Below are positions 30,894 through 41,532 of a stretch of 64,000 nucleotides of DNA, piece by piece (positions within the stretch are counted from its first letter, which is position 1; every line of letters starts with the position of its first letter). The translations under genes were made by a program, and so were the position numbers. This DNA is from Candidatus Latescibacterota bacterium. Lineage in GTDB: Bacteria > Latescibacterota > UBA2968 > UBA8231. Below the pieces are notes generated by a model. It searched no databases, was not told the origin of the DNA, and was given only the letters and a program-made list of their open reading frames with translations. The stretch is taken from NCBI GenBank assembly GCA_965206595.1, contig OZ242214.1, forward strand, positions 4,224,001-4,288,000. Reading direction: 5' to 3'.

Positions 30894-33800
30894 TGAAAAC
30901 TCTCACGTTGCGGTACCGTCCGATTGCGTCACCTCCCGGTGAGTGGGACACCGTTAATCCCAGTGCGACTGCAACCAGGCATGTAGTAGCTGGTCTGACA
31001 AACGATACGGAGTACGAATTCGAGATTTTCGGCACAGGCAGAACTCATGATGTTGATTCAATAACTTTAGCCGCCAAAGTCGGTTCCATAGCCCGCATTG
31101 AAGCCACTCCCGAGGCAGGCGTGTCCGGTCCCCCACCTCCCGACCTCCATTTTTCTGAAGTGATTGGCACCCCTGCAGGTTGGGACAGGGCAATTGCCCG
31201 GTACGAGAAAAGCGGTTCTACCAATTGGTTCCTCACAGGTGACGACAGGCTTCTTCTGAACCTGAAAGGAGAAGGTGGATACCGAAATCTTCACTTCAAT
31301 AATCCGCCAGACTTCGAAAACCCGGTAGATGCCAATGGAGACAACTTCTATAACGTAACCATCAACGCACTGCCGAATCCCAGGAATTCTGAATGGTCCA
31401 CCGATCCTTTTACAAAAAGTGTCTCTGTGGAAGTTCAGAATATGCCAGAAATAGGTAAGGTCTCCTTCTCTACAAGTTCTCCCGCTGCCGGTGAGTCCAT
31501 AACTGCTACATTGTCTGATCCCGACAATGTTGTTGTGAGTGAACCCGAACCCATTATATGGAAGTGGTACCGGGCTCTGGCGGCTTACGGTACTTATATC
31601 GAAGAAGGAACATTAGTACGAGAATTCACTTCAGCCCTTACCAATTCCGACACTTATTAGACAACGGGTGACGACATCGGGTTTATCATCCGAGCACAGG
31701 CGTCCTATATAGACGTTGAAAGCGACCCAGACAGGCGAGAAGTACAACGCGTGACAGGTGAGGTAAGTGGTCCCTCTGTCCAAGATGCAAGCAAGGTGTT
31801 TCTCGAAAACAATACCAATGCCGTTCACACCTGCATTGTTCACGATCCCAACGGGAGTCCAATTCAGGCCGCTTGGTCTTTGGACATGGACCGCGAAGAG
31901 CAGCAGGACGAAGACAAATTCACACTTTCCTCGAATGGTCTTTTGGAGTTCAAAAGTTCACCTGATTACGAGAGTCCTGCATCCTCTAATTCGGAGGACG
32001 GAAACATCTACGTTGCCCAGGTGATTGCAGATGTCAGCTACATAGTCGTCAGAGGGCTTATTACCGTTACCGTAACCGACGTGGACGAAGAGGGCACTGT
32101 GACCTTGTCTACGACTGCGCCAGTGGTGGGTCATCCGTTGGGGAGCGTGCTCGGTGAACCGGATGGGGGCGTGACCGATCTCCGGTGGCAGTGGCAGCGC
32201 CGGTTGAGTGGTACGAAGAGGTGGGAAGACGTCTCTTCGAGCCGGGCCCGGTCCGAGGAATTCCATCAAGGGCAGGGGTATACGCCGAAACCGGGGGATG
32301 TGGGGTATGAACTGCGGGCGACGGTCGGCTATACCGACGTGCATGGCCCGGGCAAGAGGGCGCAGAGCCCCGAGACCGCCCCTGCGGTGGATGTTCCTTC
32401 GGCGCCTCGGAACCTGGAGGCGGCTGCGGGGAACGCCCGGGTGGAACTGAGGTGGGATCCGCCGCTTACGGACAACGGTTCGGCGCTGACGGGATACGAG
32501 TATCGTCAGAGCGCCGACGGGGGGGTCACGTGGGCTCCGGACTGGGGGCCCACTTCTTCCAACGCTGCGACCGCGACAAGGCTCACAGTGCGCGACCTGA
32601 CCAACGGCACGGAGTACAGCTTCGAGGTGCGCGCCGTCAACGGGGCGGGGGAGGGGGCCTCCGCGCGCGACACGGCGACGCCGGCGAGGCCGGACACGCG
32701 CGGCCGGGTGGAGTGGAGCACGACTCAGCCGCGGGTGGGTCAGGAGCTGACGCCGACGCTCATCGACCCGGACAACCCCGCGCTGGCAGAGGCGCGCTGG
32801 CGCTGGCGCCGGTTGGGGTGGCTTCGGTCCGATGCCGGCGATTCGCTGTCGGCGCCGGCCCCTGAGTCGCGCTCCGGTGAATCGAAACTAGGAGTGATCG
32901 CCCGCACGCGTCAGTATAGGCCCCGGGTGAGCGATCTCCATCAGTGGTTGCGGGTTGAAGTCACTTATACCGACGACTTCGACCGGCACCGGGTAAGCGC
33001 GACGACGTCGAGGGCGGTGGGACCGGGCTCGCCGTGCGCCCCCGCCAACCTGAAGGCGGCGCCCGGCGACGGGCAGGTGACGCTGACCTGGGAGGCGGGC
33101 TGCGACAACGGGGGGCCCATCGACAGGTATCAATACCGTCGTCTGGACGTGCGGAAATGGGTGCGGGTGCCCGGGGACGGCTCGGCCCGTCGTCAGCAGG
33201 TGACGGGCCTGACCAACGGGGAGGCGCACACGTTCGAGGTGCGGGCGAGGAACGGTCAAGGGTGGGGTCCTGCCGCCCAGGCTACGGCCACGCCCGCGGC
33301 GGCGGAGTCCCTTCCTCCACCTCCCCCCCCGCCGATGACGGTCACCTACGAAGCGTCGTCCTACTCGGCGCAGGAAGGGGGCGAGGCGGCGACGGTGACG
33401 GTGCGGCTGTCGGCGCCGGCGTCTCAGGCGCTGCGCATCCCGATTGCGGTCAATCCCCCGTCGGGGGACTTCACGGTGGCCGGGCTGACGGACGGAGGGC
33501 TGTCGTTCGCACCGGAGGCGGACGAAGCGACGTTCACGGTTACGGCGAATGAGGATGCGGACACGGTCGACGAAGAGGTGACGTTGGGTTTCGGCACGCC
33601 GCTGCCGGAGGGGGTGGGCGCGGGCACGCCGGCGAGTGCCACGGTGAGGCTGGTCGACGACGACGTCCCCGTCCCGAGGGTGTCGTTCGGTGCCTCCTCG
33701 TATTCGGCGTCCGAAGGGGGCGCTGCGGCGACGGTGACGGTGAGGCTGTCTCAGTCGGCTTCGGCTGATCTGACCATTACGATCACGATTGCGGCGGATG

Positions 33801-36460
33801 ACGGCACCGAGGAAGACGATTTCAGCCACAGCCTGGGAACAGCCAAAACGCTGTCGTTTGCCGCCGGCACGACCTCGCGGACGTTTACGGTCACGGCCGA
33901 AACGGACCCGGACAATGCCGACGAAGAGGTGACGTTGGGTTTCGGCACGCCGCTGCCGGAGGGGGTGAGCGCCGGCTCCCCGGCCGGCGCTGCGGTGACC
34001 CTGGCGGACGGGGCGCCGTCGCCGCCGACGGACGTACGGCTGCGTCCGGCCTCCACTCAGGGACACACGCGGCTGACCGTTTCCTGGACGCCGCCGCCGG
34101 AGGCCGTCAGCGGCTACGAGTATCGAATCCAGGGGAGCGGCAGTCCGCCATCGGCGGCGGCGAGCCCGGCGACGATTTCGGGCCTCGAGCCCGGCACAGG
34201 CTACCGGGTGCAGGTGCGGGCCCGCAACCGGTACGGCAGCAGCGGCTGGGCTTCGGGCAGCGGCCGCACGAACGCCAACCGCAGGCCCGACATCGCGGGC
34301 CCGGGCGAGGAGTCCGTGCCGGAGAACACGACGTCCGTGGGCGACTACACCAAATCCGACCCGGACGGCGATGCGACCCGCTGGTTGGAGCTGGGAGGCA
34401 CGCATGCGAGCCGGTTCGATTTCTCGGCAGGCGCCTTGCGCTTCCGGACGGCGCCCGACTACGAGCGCGATCCCCACAGCTACGAGGTCACCGTGCGGGC
34501 CACGGATGGGTACGATGTCACGGAGCATGAGGTGACCGTGGACGTGATCGACGTGCCGCCGCCGGAGGCGCCCACGGCCAGCCTCAGCGTGCCTTCCAGC
34601 AACGGCCATGAGCGCCTCGACGTCTCCTGGACGGTGCCGGCCAGCGAATCGCCCATCACCGGGTACGAGTTGGAATACTGCTACTATGCCTCCCGGGATG
34701 ACGGGGGCCCGTCCTCCCAGGACCCGCCTTCGGACCCCGGCGGCACGGCGGAGGAGGAGCGCTCACCCGGCATCTGTTCCACCCGGCCCGAATCCGGCAA
34801 CAGCGCCATCCTGGCCGATCTGTACGACAACACCCTGTACGGGGTGCGCGTGCGGGCCACCAGCGGCGAAGGCCCCGGGTCCTGGTCCAACCAGGCGACC
34901 GCCTCGACCCGGCGCCGCAACCGGGCTCCGCAGATTTCCGGGGAGACGGCCCCCTCGGTGGCCGAGAACAGCCGGTCCGTGGGCGACTACACCAAATCCG
35001 ACCCGGACGGCGATGCGACCCGCTGGTTGGAGCTGGGAGGCACGCATGCGAGCCGGTTCGATTTCTCGGCAGGGAGCTTGCGCTTCCGGACGGCGCCCGA
35101 CTACGAGCGCGATCCCCACAGCTACGAGGTCACCGTGCGGGCCACGGATGGGTACGATGTCACGGAGCATGAGGTGACCGTGGACGTGATCGACGTGTCG
35201 CCGCCGCCGCGGCCCGACGTGACCGTCACCGTGCCTTCCGGCAACGGCCACGAGCAGCTCGACGTCCGCTGGTCGGTGTCGTCCAGCGGCGCGACGGTCA
35301 CCGGATGGAAGCTGCAGTATTGCCAGACCAACGCCTGCGGCTCCACGACCACCTTGACCTTCGAGGCCGGTACCGCGAACACGACCTTGGAGAACCTGCG
35401 CTCCGGGACCCGGTACTCGGTTCGCGTAAAAGCGACCAGCGACGAGGGAGACAGTCCCTGGTCCCCCATACAAAGGACCTACACGCGGGCCAACACGGCG
35501 CCGGTGATTTCGGGCCCCACTTCCGAGTCGATCCCCGAAAACACCACGGCCGTGGCCTCCTATACGGCCACCGACGCGGAAGGGCACAGCATCAGCTGGT
35601 CCCTGGTGGAATCCAATTCCGGCCTGTCCATCAGCAGCAGCAGCGGCCGGCTGAGCTTCGACTTCGACAACGCACCCGACTACGAAAGCGGCACCACCGA
35701 ATACACCGTCACCGTCAAGGCCACCGACAGCGGCAATCCCAGGGCCTCGTCGACGCGGGGGGTGACCGTCACGGTCACGGACGTAGGGCCACCCAGCCGG
35801 ATGACGGACGTGAGGGTGAGTGTGCCTTCGTCCGGGACGGGCACGCTGAACGTCAACTGGACGGCTCCGGCCAGCGGCGCCCCGATCACGGGATACACCA
35901 TGCAATACTGCTACTACGCCTTCCGGTCGGACGAGGGCGAAGCCGGGGAGCCGTCCGAGGAGGACCTCGAGACCGCGCGGCAGGCCGGCCGATGCACGGA
36001 AACGACCCTCGGCGACGTGACGAGCCGCACGCTGACGGACCTGCACCGAAACACGCTGTACGGCGTCCGCATGAAGGCCACCAGCGGCGAAGGCACCGGG
36101 GACTGGTCCACGCAGCGAACCGCCACCACGCGCTCGGCCGCGGCCAAGGCCCTGGCCGAGCAGATGGCCCTCACCGGACTCGAGGGACTGGCCGCCCTGG
36201 CCGCGCCCAACCCCTTCAACCCCAGCACCACGATCTACTTCCAGGTGCCCGAAAGCGGGGAGGTCTCCCTGGTCATCTACAGCCTCGCCGGGCAGGTGGT
36301 GAAGACCCTGATTCCCAACCGCACCCTGAAAGCCGGGATACACGACGTATACCGGGCAGGCCGCGACGAACAGGGACGCCCGGTGGCCGCCGGCGTCTAC
36401 TTCTACCGGCTCACCGCTGGAGATCAGGCCCTGGTGCGCAAAATGACTATGTTGAGATGA
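30894..36460 (+). CDS. Giant surface protein with Fn3, cadherin-like and Calx-beta repeats and a C-terminal FlgD/T9SS-like domain; 5'-truncated by IS5, in-frame TAG at 31658-31660
   Basis: ORFs 30908..31660 and 31751..36460 are in the same frame. Motifs include LTNGTEYSFEVRAVN (Fn3), PDYE/PDFENP.D (cadherin), SSYSA.EGG (Calx-beta) and APNPFNPSTTI...GVYFYRL...RKMTMLR. Confidence 0.85.
33570..33967 (+). repeat. ~48-bp direct repeat within Calx-beta-like modules (about 33570-33617 and 33920-33967)
   Basis: GACGAAGAGGTGACGTTGGGTTTCGGCACGCCGCTGCCGGAGGGGGTG occurs twice. Confidence 0.85.
34333..35197 (+). repeat. 223-bp near-identical direct repeat (34333-34555, 34975-35197) encoding a cadherin-like domain
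   Basis: SVGDYTKSDPDGDATRW...EVTVDVIDV is duplicated. The only difference seen is GGCGCC versus GGGAGC. Confidence 0.92.
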
Positions 36461-36879
36461 AGGGGCCGCTGTGTCATCGGCCGGCGCACGCCGCCGGCAG
36501 GGCGGCGTTTCGCAGAGGCCGGCCAATCAGAAAAAACTCAGGAGAGTCCTTTGGGGGCAGGCCGATCTTCCAGTGGTCGGCTCGGGGCCGCTTCGGCAAG
36601 AGGAGCATCGGTAACGCCTTCGAATGGTAGGGGGTACCGACGGTTCGGGCATCCCCCGGTTCTGTTTGACAATGCATGGGGCTGCCGGTAGGTTGGGAAG
36701 ATTCTGACCACCGAAAACGAAAGACGAAGCGGATGTCGACACCGGTTGCAGCATCTCGTCCACGGATCCCCAGGCCTGATCCGCGGATGCCGGCATCCAC
36801 CCCTTCCACCGCGGCGGGGCCGAGCCCGGCCTTGCCCGGAACGCCGGGCGCTGCGGAGAGGGAAGTTCAGATCGTTTAG

Positions 36880-37011
36880 ATGTCGTGGAGGGCGGCCGCG
36901 GACGGCCGTTCGCGCGGCGCGGAGAAAGCGCGCCGCGGTGGAGTTCGAACCGGAAAACACACCCGCTGTCTGACGACGGCGGGTTTTTCTTTATCGGCGG
37001 AACTGGAATGA
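36880..37011 (+). promoter_or_regulatory. Candidate thrS leader: 43-codon uORF with four Thr codons and a terminator-like hairpin (36961-36992)
   Basis: ATG 36880 to TGA 37009-37011 overlaps the thrS ATG (ATGA). Hairpin ACCCGCTGTC-TGAC-GACGGCGGGT is followed by TTTTCTTT. Confidence 0.4.
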
Positions 37012-38939
37012 AAATCACCGACAGACACGGAAACCTGCTGGAACACGAGGGAGGGGGGCCCCTGAAAGAAGCCCTCCTCTCTCTCGACAGGAAGCTGCTG
37101 CGCGAATACATCGGCGCCCGCGCCGGCGGGGAGCGGATCGATTTCCACACCGATCTTCCTGAAGACAGCGAGGTCGAGCTGATCCCCTGGGATTCGGAGG
37201 AAGCGGCCTGGATCTACCGCCACAGCGTCGCCCACGTGATGGCGCAGGCGGTGCGCCGGCTCTTCCCCGGGGTGCGGCTGGCCATCGGCCCGGCGATCGC
37301 CGACGGCTTCTACTACGACTTCGACTGCGAGACCTCGTTCACCCCGGACGACCTCCAGCGCATCGAGAAGGAGATGAAGCGGATCGTCAAGCAGAACCAC
37401 CGCTTCGAGCGCTTCACCCTGCCGCCGGAGGAGGCGGTCGCCTTCGTCGAGGAGGACCCCTACAAGCTCGAGATCCTCGCCGACCTCGAGCCGGGGGAGA
37501 CCCTGTCGTTCTACCGCGACGGCGACTTCACCGATCTCTGCCGCGGGCCGCACATGCTCAGCAGCGGGCAGGTCAAGCACTTCAAGCTGCTGTCGCTGGC
37601 CGGGGCCTACTGGCGCGGCGACGAGAACAACAAGATGCTGCAGCGGATCTACGGCACCGCCTTCGCCACCCGCGAGGCCCTCGACGGCCACCTCGCCATG
37701 CTCGAGGAGGCGAAGAAGCGGGACCACCGCCGCCTCGGGCAGGACCTCGAGCTGTTTTTCTTCGACGACGAGGTCGGCCCCGGCCTGCCGCTGTGGCAGC
37801 CGAAGGGGACGGTCCTGATCGAGGAGCTGGAACGGCTGGCGAAGGAGACGGAGCGCGAGGCCGGGTACCGGCAGGTGCGCACCCCCCACATCTGCAAGGA
37901 TTCGATGTTCGTGCGCAGCGGCCACCTGCCCTACTACGCCGAGTCGATGTTTCCGCCGATGGAGCTGGAGGGGGTCAAGTACTACCTCAAGCCGATGAAC
38001 TGCCCCCACCACCACAAGGTGTACGGGTCGGTCCCGCGCAGCTACCGCGACCTGCCCCTGCGCCTGGCCGAGTACGGGACCTGCTACCGCTACGAGCAGT
38101 CCGGGGAGCTCTTCGGCCTGATGCGGGTGCGCTCGATGCAGATGAACGACGCCCACATCTACTGCACCCTCGACCAGTTCGAGGAGGAGTTCCTCGCCGT
38201 CTGCCGCATGTATCTCGGGTACTTCGAGCTGTTCGGCATCGACAAGTACGTGATGCGCTTCAGCACCCACGAACCGCAGGACCTTGGGAAGAAGTACGTC
38301 GACGAGCCGCAGCTCTGGCTCGAGACCGAGGAGAGGGTGCGCCGCGCCCTCGCCAACGGCGGCATCAATCACGTCGAGGTTGCCGGGGAGGCGGCCTTCT
38401 ACGGCCCCAAGATCGACGTCGAGGTCTGGAGCGCCATCGGCCGCGAGTTCTCGATCGCCACCAACCAGGTCGACTTCGCGGTGCCGGCCCGCTACGGCCT
38501 CGTCTACACCAGTGCCGAGGGGGGCCAGGAGACGCCGATCTGCATTCACCGCGCCCCGCTGGGGACCCACGAGCGCACCATCGGCTTCCTGATCGAGCAT
38601 TACGCCGGGGCCTTCCCGCCCTGGCTCGCCCCGGTGCAGGCGGTGGTGCTGCCGATCGGGGAGGGCCACGCCGAGTATGCCGCAGGTGCGGGAGCCGCCC
38701 TGGTTGCGGCCGGAGTGCGCGCCGAGGTCGAGGGGGACAACACCCTCGGCTACCGCATCCGCGCGGCGCAGACGCAGAAGGTGCCCTACATGCTGATCGC
38801 CGGGGACCGCGAGGTCGAGAACGGGGAAGTTTCGATCCGGCTGCGTTCCGGCGAGCAGCTCGACTCGATGGCCGTTGCCGAGGCGGTGGCGCTGATCGGT
38901 GGGGGCATCGCCACGAGAGCCGGGGAGCTGGCGGGGTAG
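37008..38939 (+). CDS. thrS: Threonine--tRNA ligase
   Basis: YRHSVAHVMAQAV, DLCRGPH, GAYWRGD, RDHRRLG, KPMNCPHH, GEAAFYGPKID, IHRAPLG and QKVPY. Confidence 0.98.
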   Translation: MKITDRHGNLLEHEGGGPLKEALLSLDRKLLREYIGARAGGERIDFHTDLPEDSEVELIPWDSEEAAWIYRHSVAHVMAQAVRRLFPGVRLAIGPAIADGFYYDFDCETSFTPDDLQRIEKEMKRIVKQNHRFERFTLPPEEAVAFVEEDPYKLEILADLEPGETLSFYRDGDFTDLCRGPHMLSSGQVKHFKLLSLAGAYWRGDENNKMLQRIYGTAFATREALDGHLAMLEEAKKRDHRRLGQDLELFFFDDEVGPGLPLWQPKGTVLIEELERLAKETEREAGYRQVRTPHICKDSMFVRSGHLPYYAESMFPPMELEGVKYYLKPMNCPHHHKVYGSVPRSYRDLPLRLAEYGTCYRYEQSGELFGLMRVRSMQMNDAHIYCTLDQFEEEFLAVCRMYLGYFELFGIDKYVMRFSTHEPQDLGKKYVDEPQLWLETEERVRRALANGGINHVEVAGEAAFYGPKIDVEVWSAIGREFSIATNQVDFAVPARYGLVYTSAEGGQETPICIHRAPLGTHERTIGFLIEHYAGAFPPWLAPVQAVVLPIGEGHAEYAAGAGAALVAAGVRAEVEGDNTLGYRIRAAQTQKVPYMLIAGDREVENGEVSIRLRSGEQLDSMAVAEAVALIGGGIATRAGELAG

Positions 38940-39032
38940 GGGACCCGCACCGGGTTTTTTCGGCATGACTCTCGCGAAATTCCAGGGACGGCCGGGTGAG
39001 GGCAGGGCAGCCGCCGGGAAGGCCTTCAGGCC

Positions 39033-39728
39033 GTGCCGGTGAAGAAGAGGATCTCGCGCGCCGCCGGGGTCTTCTGGCGCTTCCGCTACCACCTGTTTTC
39101 GACCCTGGTGGTGCTCGCCTTCTGGGACACCGGCCTGATCAAGCCGTTCCGCGTCTTCGTGGTGATGGTGCACGAGGTCTGCCACGCCGGCGCCGCCCTG
39201 CTGACCGATGGCGAGGTCGTCGAGATCCGCACCGCCTGGGAGGAGTCGGGCCACACCCTTACCCGGGGCGGCATCTTCCCCGTCATCAGCTCGGCCGGGT
39301 ACGTCGGCTCCGCCCTGCTCGGAGCGCTGCTGATCTACGCCGGCTGCTTCCCGCAGGTGCAGAGGCTGGCCCTGCTCTTCATTGGCGGGGCCACCATGGC
39401 GATGACGATCTGGTACACCCCGCCCGGGGCCGGCGACTTCTACCTGGGGATCTTCGGCGGCCTGGTGTTCGTCGTCCTGGCGATCAAGAGCCAGCGCGCC
39501 GGCACCGCGGGGGCCGTCTGGCTCGGGGTGATGCTCTGCATCTACAGCCTGCACGACTTCCGCACCGACCTGTGGATGTACCCCGAGCAGACCGACGCCG
39601 GCATACTGGCCGCCTACTGGGGGGCGCCGCCGCTGGCCTACCCGATCGCTTTCACCTGGGTCGCCGTATCCGTACTGGCGATGTACAAGTCGCTGCTTGC
39701 CCTGGTTCGAAAGGAAAGGAAGAACTGA
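39033..39728 (+). CDS. M50B family membrane metallopeptidase
   Basis: HEVCH zinc motif, SAGYVGS, TDA, and multiple TM segments. Confidence 0.8.
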   Translation: MPVKKRISRAAGVFWRFRYHLFSTLVVLAFWDTGLIKPFRVFVVMVHEVCHAGAALLTDGEVVEIRTAWEESGHTLTRGGIFPVISSAGYVGSALLGALLIYAGCFPQVQRLALLFIGGATMAMTIWYTPPGAGDFYLGIFGGLVFVVLAIKSQRAGTAGAVWLGVMLCIYSLHDFRTDLWMYPEQTDAGILAAYWGAPPLAYPIAFTWVAVSVLAMYKSLLALVRKERKN

Positions 39729-39730
39729 CG

Positions 39731-41506
39731 ATGAGAATGAGCGCCCAATTCAGCCAGACGCTGCGCGAGGCCCCGGCCGACGCCGAAGTCGCCAGCCACG
39801 TGCTATTGCTGCGGGCCGGCTTCATCCGGCAGCTGGCGAGCGGGATCTTCAGCTACCTGCCGCTGGCGCGCCGCGCCTTCGACAAAATCGAGGCGATCAT
39901 CCGCGAGGAGATCGACGCCATCGGCGGGCAGGAGATCACCATGCCGGTCGTGCACCCGGCCGACATCTGGAAGGAGACCGGCCGCTGGTACGACATCGAC
40001 GCGGAGATGGGCCGCTTCAGCGACCGCTCGGACCGCGACATGGTCCTCGCCATGACCCACGAGGAGGTGGTCGCCGACCTCGTGCGCAGGGAAATCAAGT
40101 CGTACCGGCAGCTGCCGCAGCTTCTCTACCACCTGCAGACGAAGTGGCGCGACGACCCGCGGCCGCGCTCCGGCCTGCTGCGGGTGCGCGAGTTCACCAT
40201 GAAGGACAGCTACTCCCTCGACGCCGACGAGGCCGGGCTGGAGAAGCAGTACCGCGATCATTTCCAGGCCTACTTCAACATCTTCAACCGCTGCGGCATC
40301 CCGACCATCGCCGTCAAGGCCGACGTCGGCATGATGGGGGGCAAGCTCTCCCACGAGTACATCTACCTCACCGGGGTCGGCGAGGACAGCATCGTCCACT
40401 GCCCCGGGTGCGGGTACTCCGCCAACGGCCAGGTCGCCCAGTTCGCCAAGACGGCCGCCGAGCCGGAGGAGGCGCAGCCGACAGAACGGGTGGCGACGCC
40501 GGACACCCCGACCATCGAGGCGCTCGCGCGGCTCCTCGAGATCCCCGAAAGCGGGACGGCAAAGGCCCTGTTCGTGATGGGCAGGTTCCGCGGCGAGACG
40601 GAGGGGGAGCAAAAGGAGCGGCTGATCCTGGCGGTGATCCGCGGCGACATGGAGGTCAACGAGACCAAGCTCGCCAACGCCGCCGGGGCCCTGTCCCTGC
40701 GCCCCGCCCATGACGGGGAGATCCTGGCGAGCGGGGCCGTGCCGGGGTACGCGTCGCCGATGGGGGTCGAAAACACCCTGGTGGTCGCCGACGACTCGAT
40801 CCCCGCGGCAGCCAACCTCGTGTCCGGGGCCAACGAGGAGGGGTATCACCTGCGCAACGTCAACTACGGCCGCGACTGGGAGGCCGCAGTGGTCGCCGAC
40901 ATCGCCGCGGTGGGGGAGGGGGCGGCCTGCCGGGAGTGCGGCGGCCGGCTGCAGGTGAGCCGGGGCGTCGAGGTCGGCAACATCTTTCAGCTCGGCACCC
41001 GCTATTCCGAGGCGATGAACTGCTCCTTCCTCGACGCCGAAGGCAAGCCGCGGCCGGTTGTCATGGGCTCGTACGGCATCGGCGTCGGGCGCCTGCTGGC
41101 CTGCGTCGCCCAGGAGTACCACGACGACAACGGGCTGGCCCTGCCGGTATCGATCGCCCCCTACCAGGTCCACCTCGCCTCACTGGCCAAGACCCCGGGG
41201 GCGGTGCGGGAAGCGTCCGAGGCGCTCTACGACGGCCTCCGGGAGGCGGGCGTCGAGGTGCTCTACGACGACCGCGGGGAAAACCCCGGGGTGAAGTTCA
41301 ACGACGCCGACCTGATCGGACTGCCGATCCGCATCACCATCGGGGACCGGTCGCTTAAAAAAGGACAGGTCGAGATCAAGCTGCGGCGCGAGGAGAAGGC
41401 CGCGGAGGTACCGGTGGAGGGCGCCGTCGAGCACGTGGTCGAGCGGGCCCGGGAGCTGCGGGCGGAGCTGGAAGCCCGCGTCGTCGAGGTCCCCTACACC
41501 GACTGA
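39731..41506 (+). CDS. proS: Proline--tRNA ligase (bacterial type with editing domain)
   Basis: TLREAPADAEVASH.LLLRAGFI, MTHEE, RVREFTMKDSYS, GVEVGNIFQLG and GVKFNDADLIG. Confidence 0.98.
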   Translation: MRMSAQFSQTLREAPADAEVASHVLLLRAGFIRQLASGIFSYLPLARRAFDKIEAIIREEIDAIGGQEITMPVVHPADIWKETGRWYDIDAEMGRFSDRSDRDMVLAMTHEEVVADLVRREIKSYRQLPQLLYHLQTKWRDDPRPRSGLLRVREFTMKDSYSLDADEAGLEKQYRDHFQAYFNIFNRCGIPTIAVKADVGMMGGKLSHEYIYLTGVGEDSIVHCPGCGYSANGQVAQFAKTAAEPEEAQPTERVATPDTPTIEALARLLEIPESGTAKALFVMGRFRGETEGEQKERLILAVIRGDMEVNETKLANAAGALSLRPAHDGEILASGAVPGYASPMGVENTLVVADDSIPAAANLVSGANEEGYHLRNVNYGRDWEAAVVADIAAVGEGAACRECGGRLQVSRGVEVGNIFQLGTRYSEAMNCSFLDAEGKPRPVVMGSYGIGVGRLLACVAQEYHDDNGLALPVSIAPYQVHLASLAKTPGAVREASEALYDGLREAGVEVLYDDRGENPGVKFNDADLIGLPIRITIGDRSLKKGQVEIKLRREEKAAEVPVEGAVEHVVERARELRAELEARVVEVPYTD

Positions 41507-41532
41507 AACGCAAGGGAAAGGAAGGAAAAGCC

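Noticed and set aside
31658-31660. Pyrrolysine or genome-wide TAG recoding
   Set aside because: TAG terminates normal genes here (e.g. thrS, ggt) and no pyl genes are seen.
34333-35197. DGR template/variable repeat pair or CRISPR array
   Set aside because: Both copies are coding, the differences are not adenine-specific, and there is no reverse transcriptase. No short regularly spaced repeats or cas genes appear in the window.
36900-36960. tRNA or T-box upstream of thrS (GTTCGAACC motif)
   Set aside because: No cloverleaf or CCA end, and no GGTGGNACCGCG T-box consensus.
36876-39554. 892-aa antisense ORF over thrS, and similar long antisense ORFs (15291..17459, 32888..34609, 34763..36526, 43333..44952)
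   Set aside because: Shadow ORFs expected from high-GC codon bias opposite clearly recognisable genes. They carry no motifs.
38996-39730. N-terminal extension of ProS
   Set aside because: It overlaps the M50 peptidase in another frame. The real start is ATG 39731.
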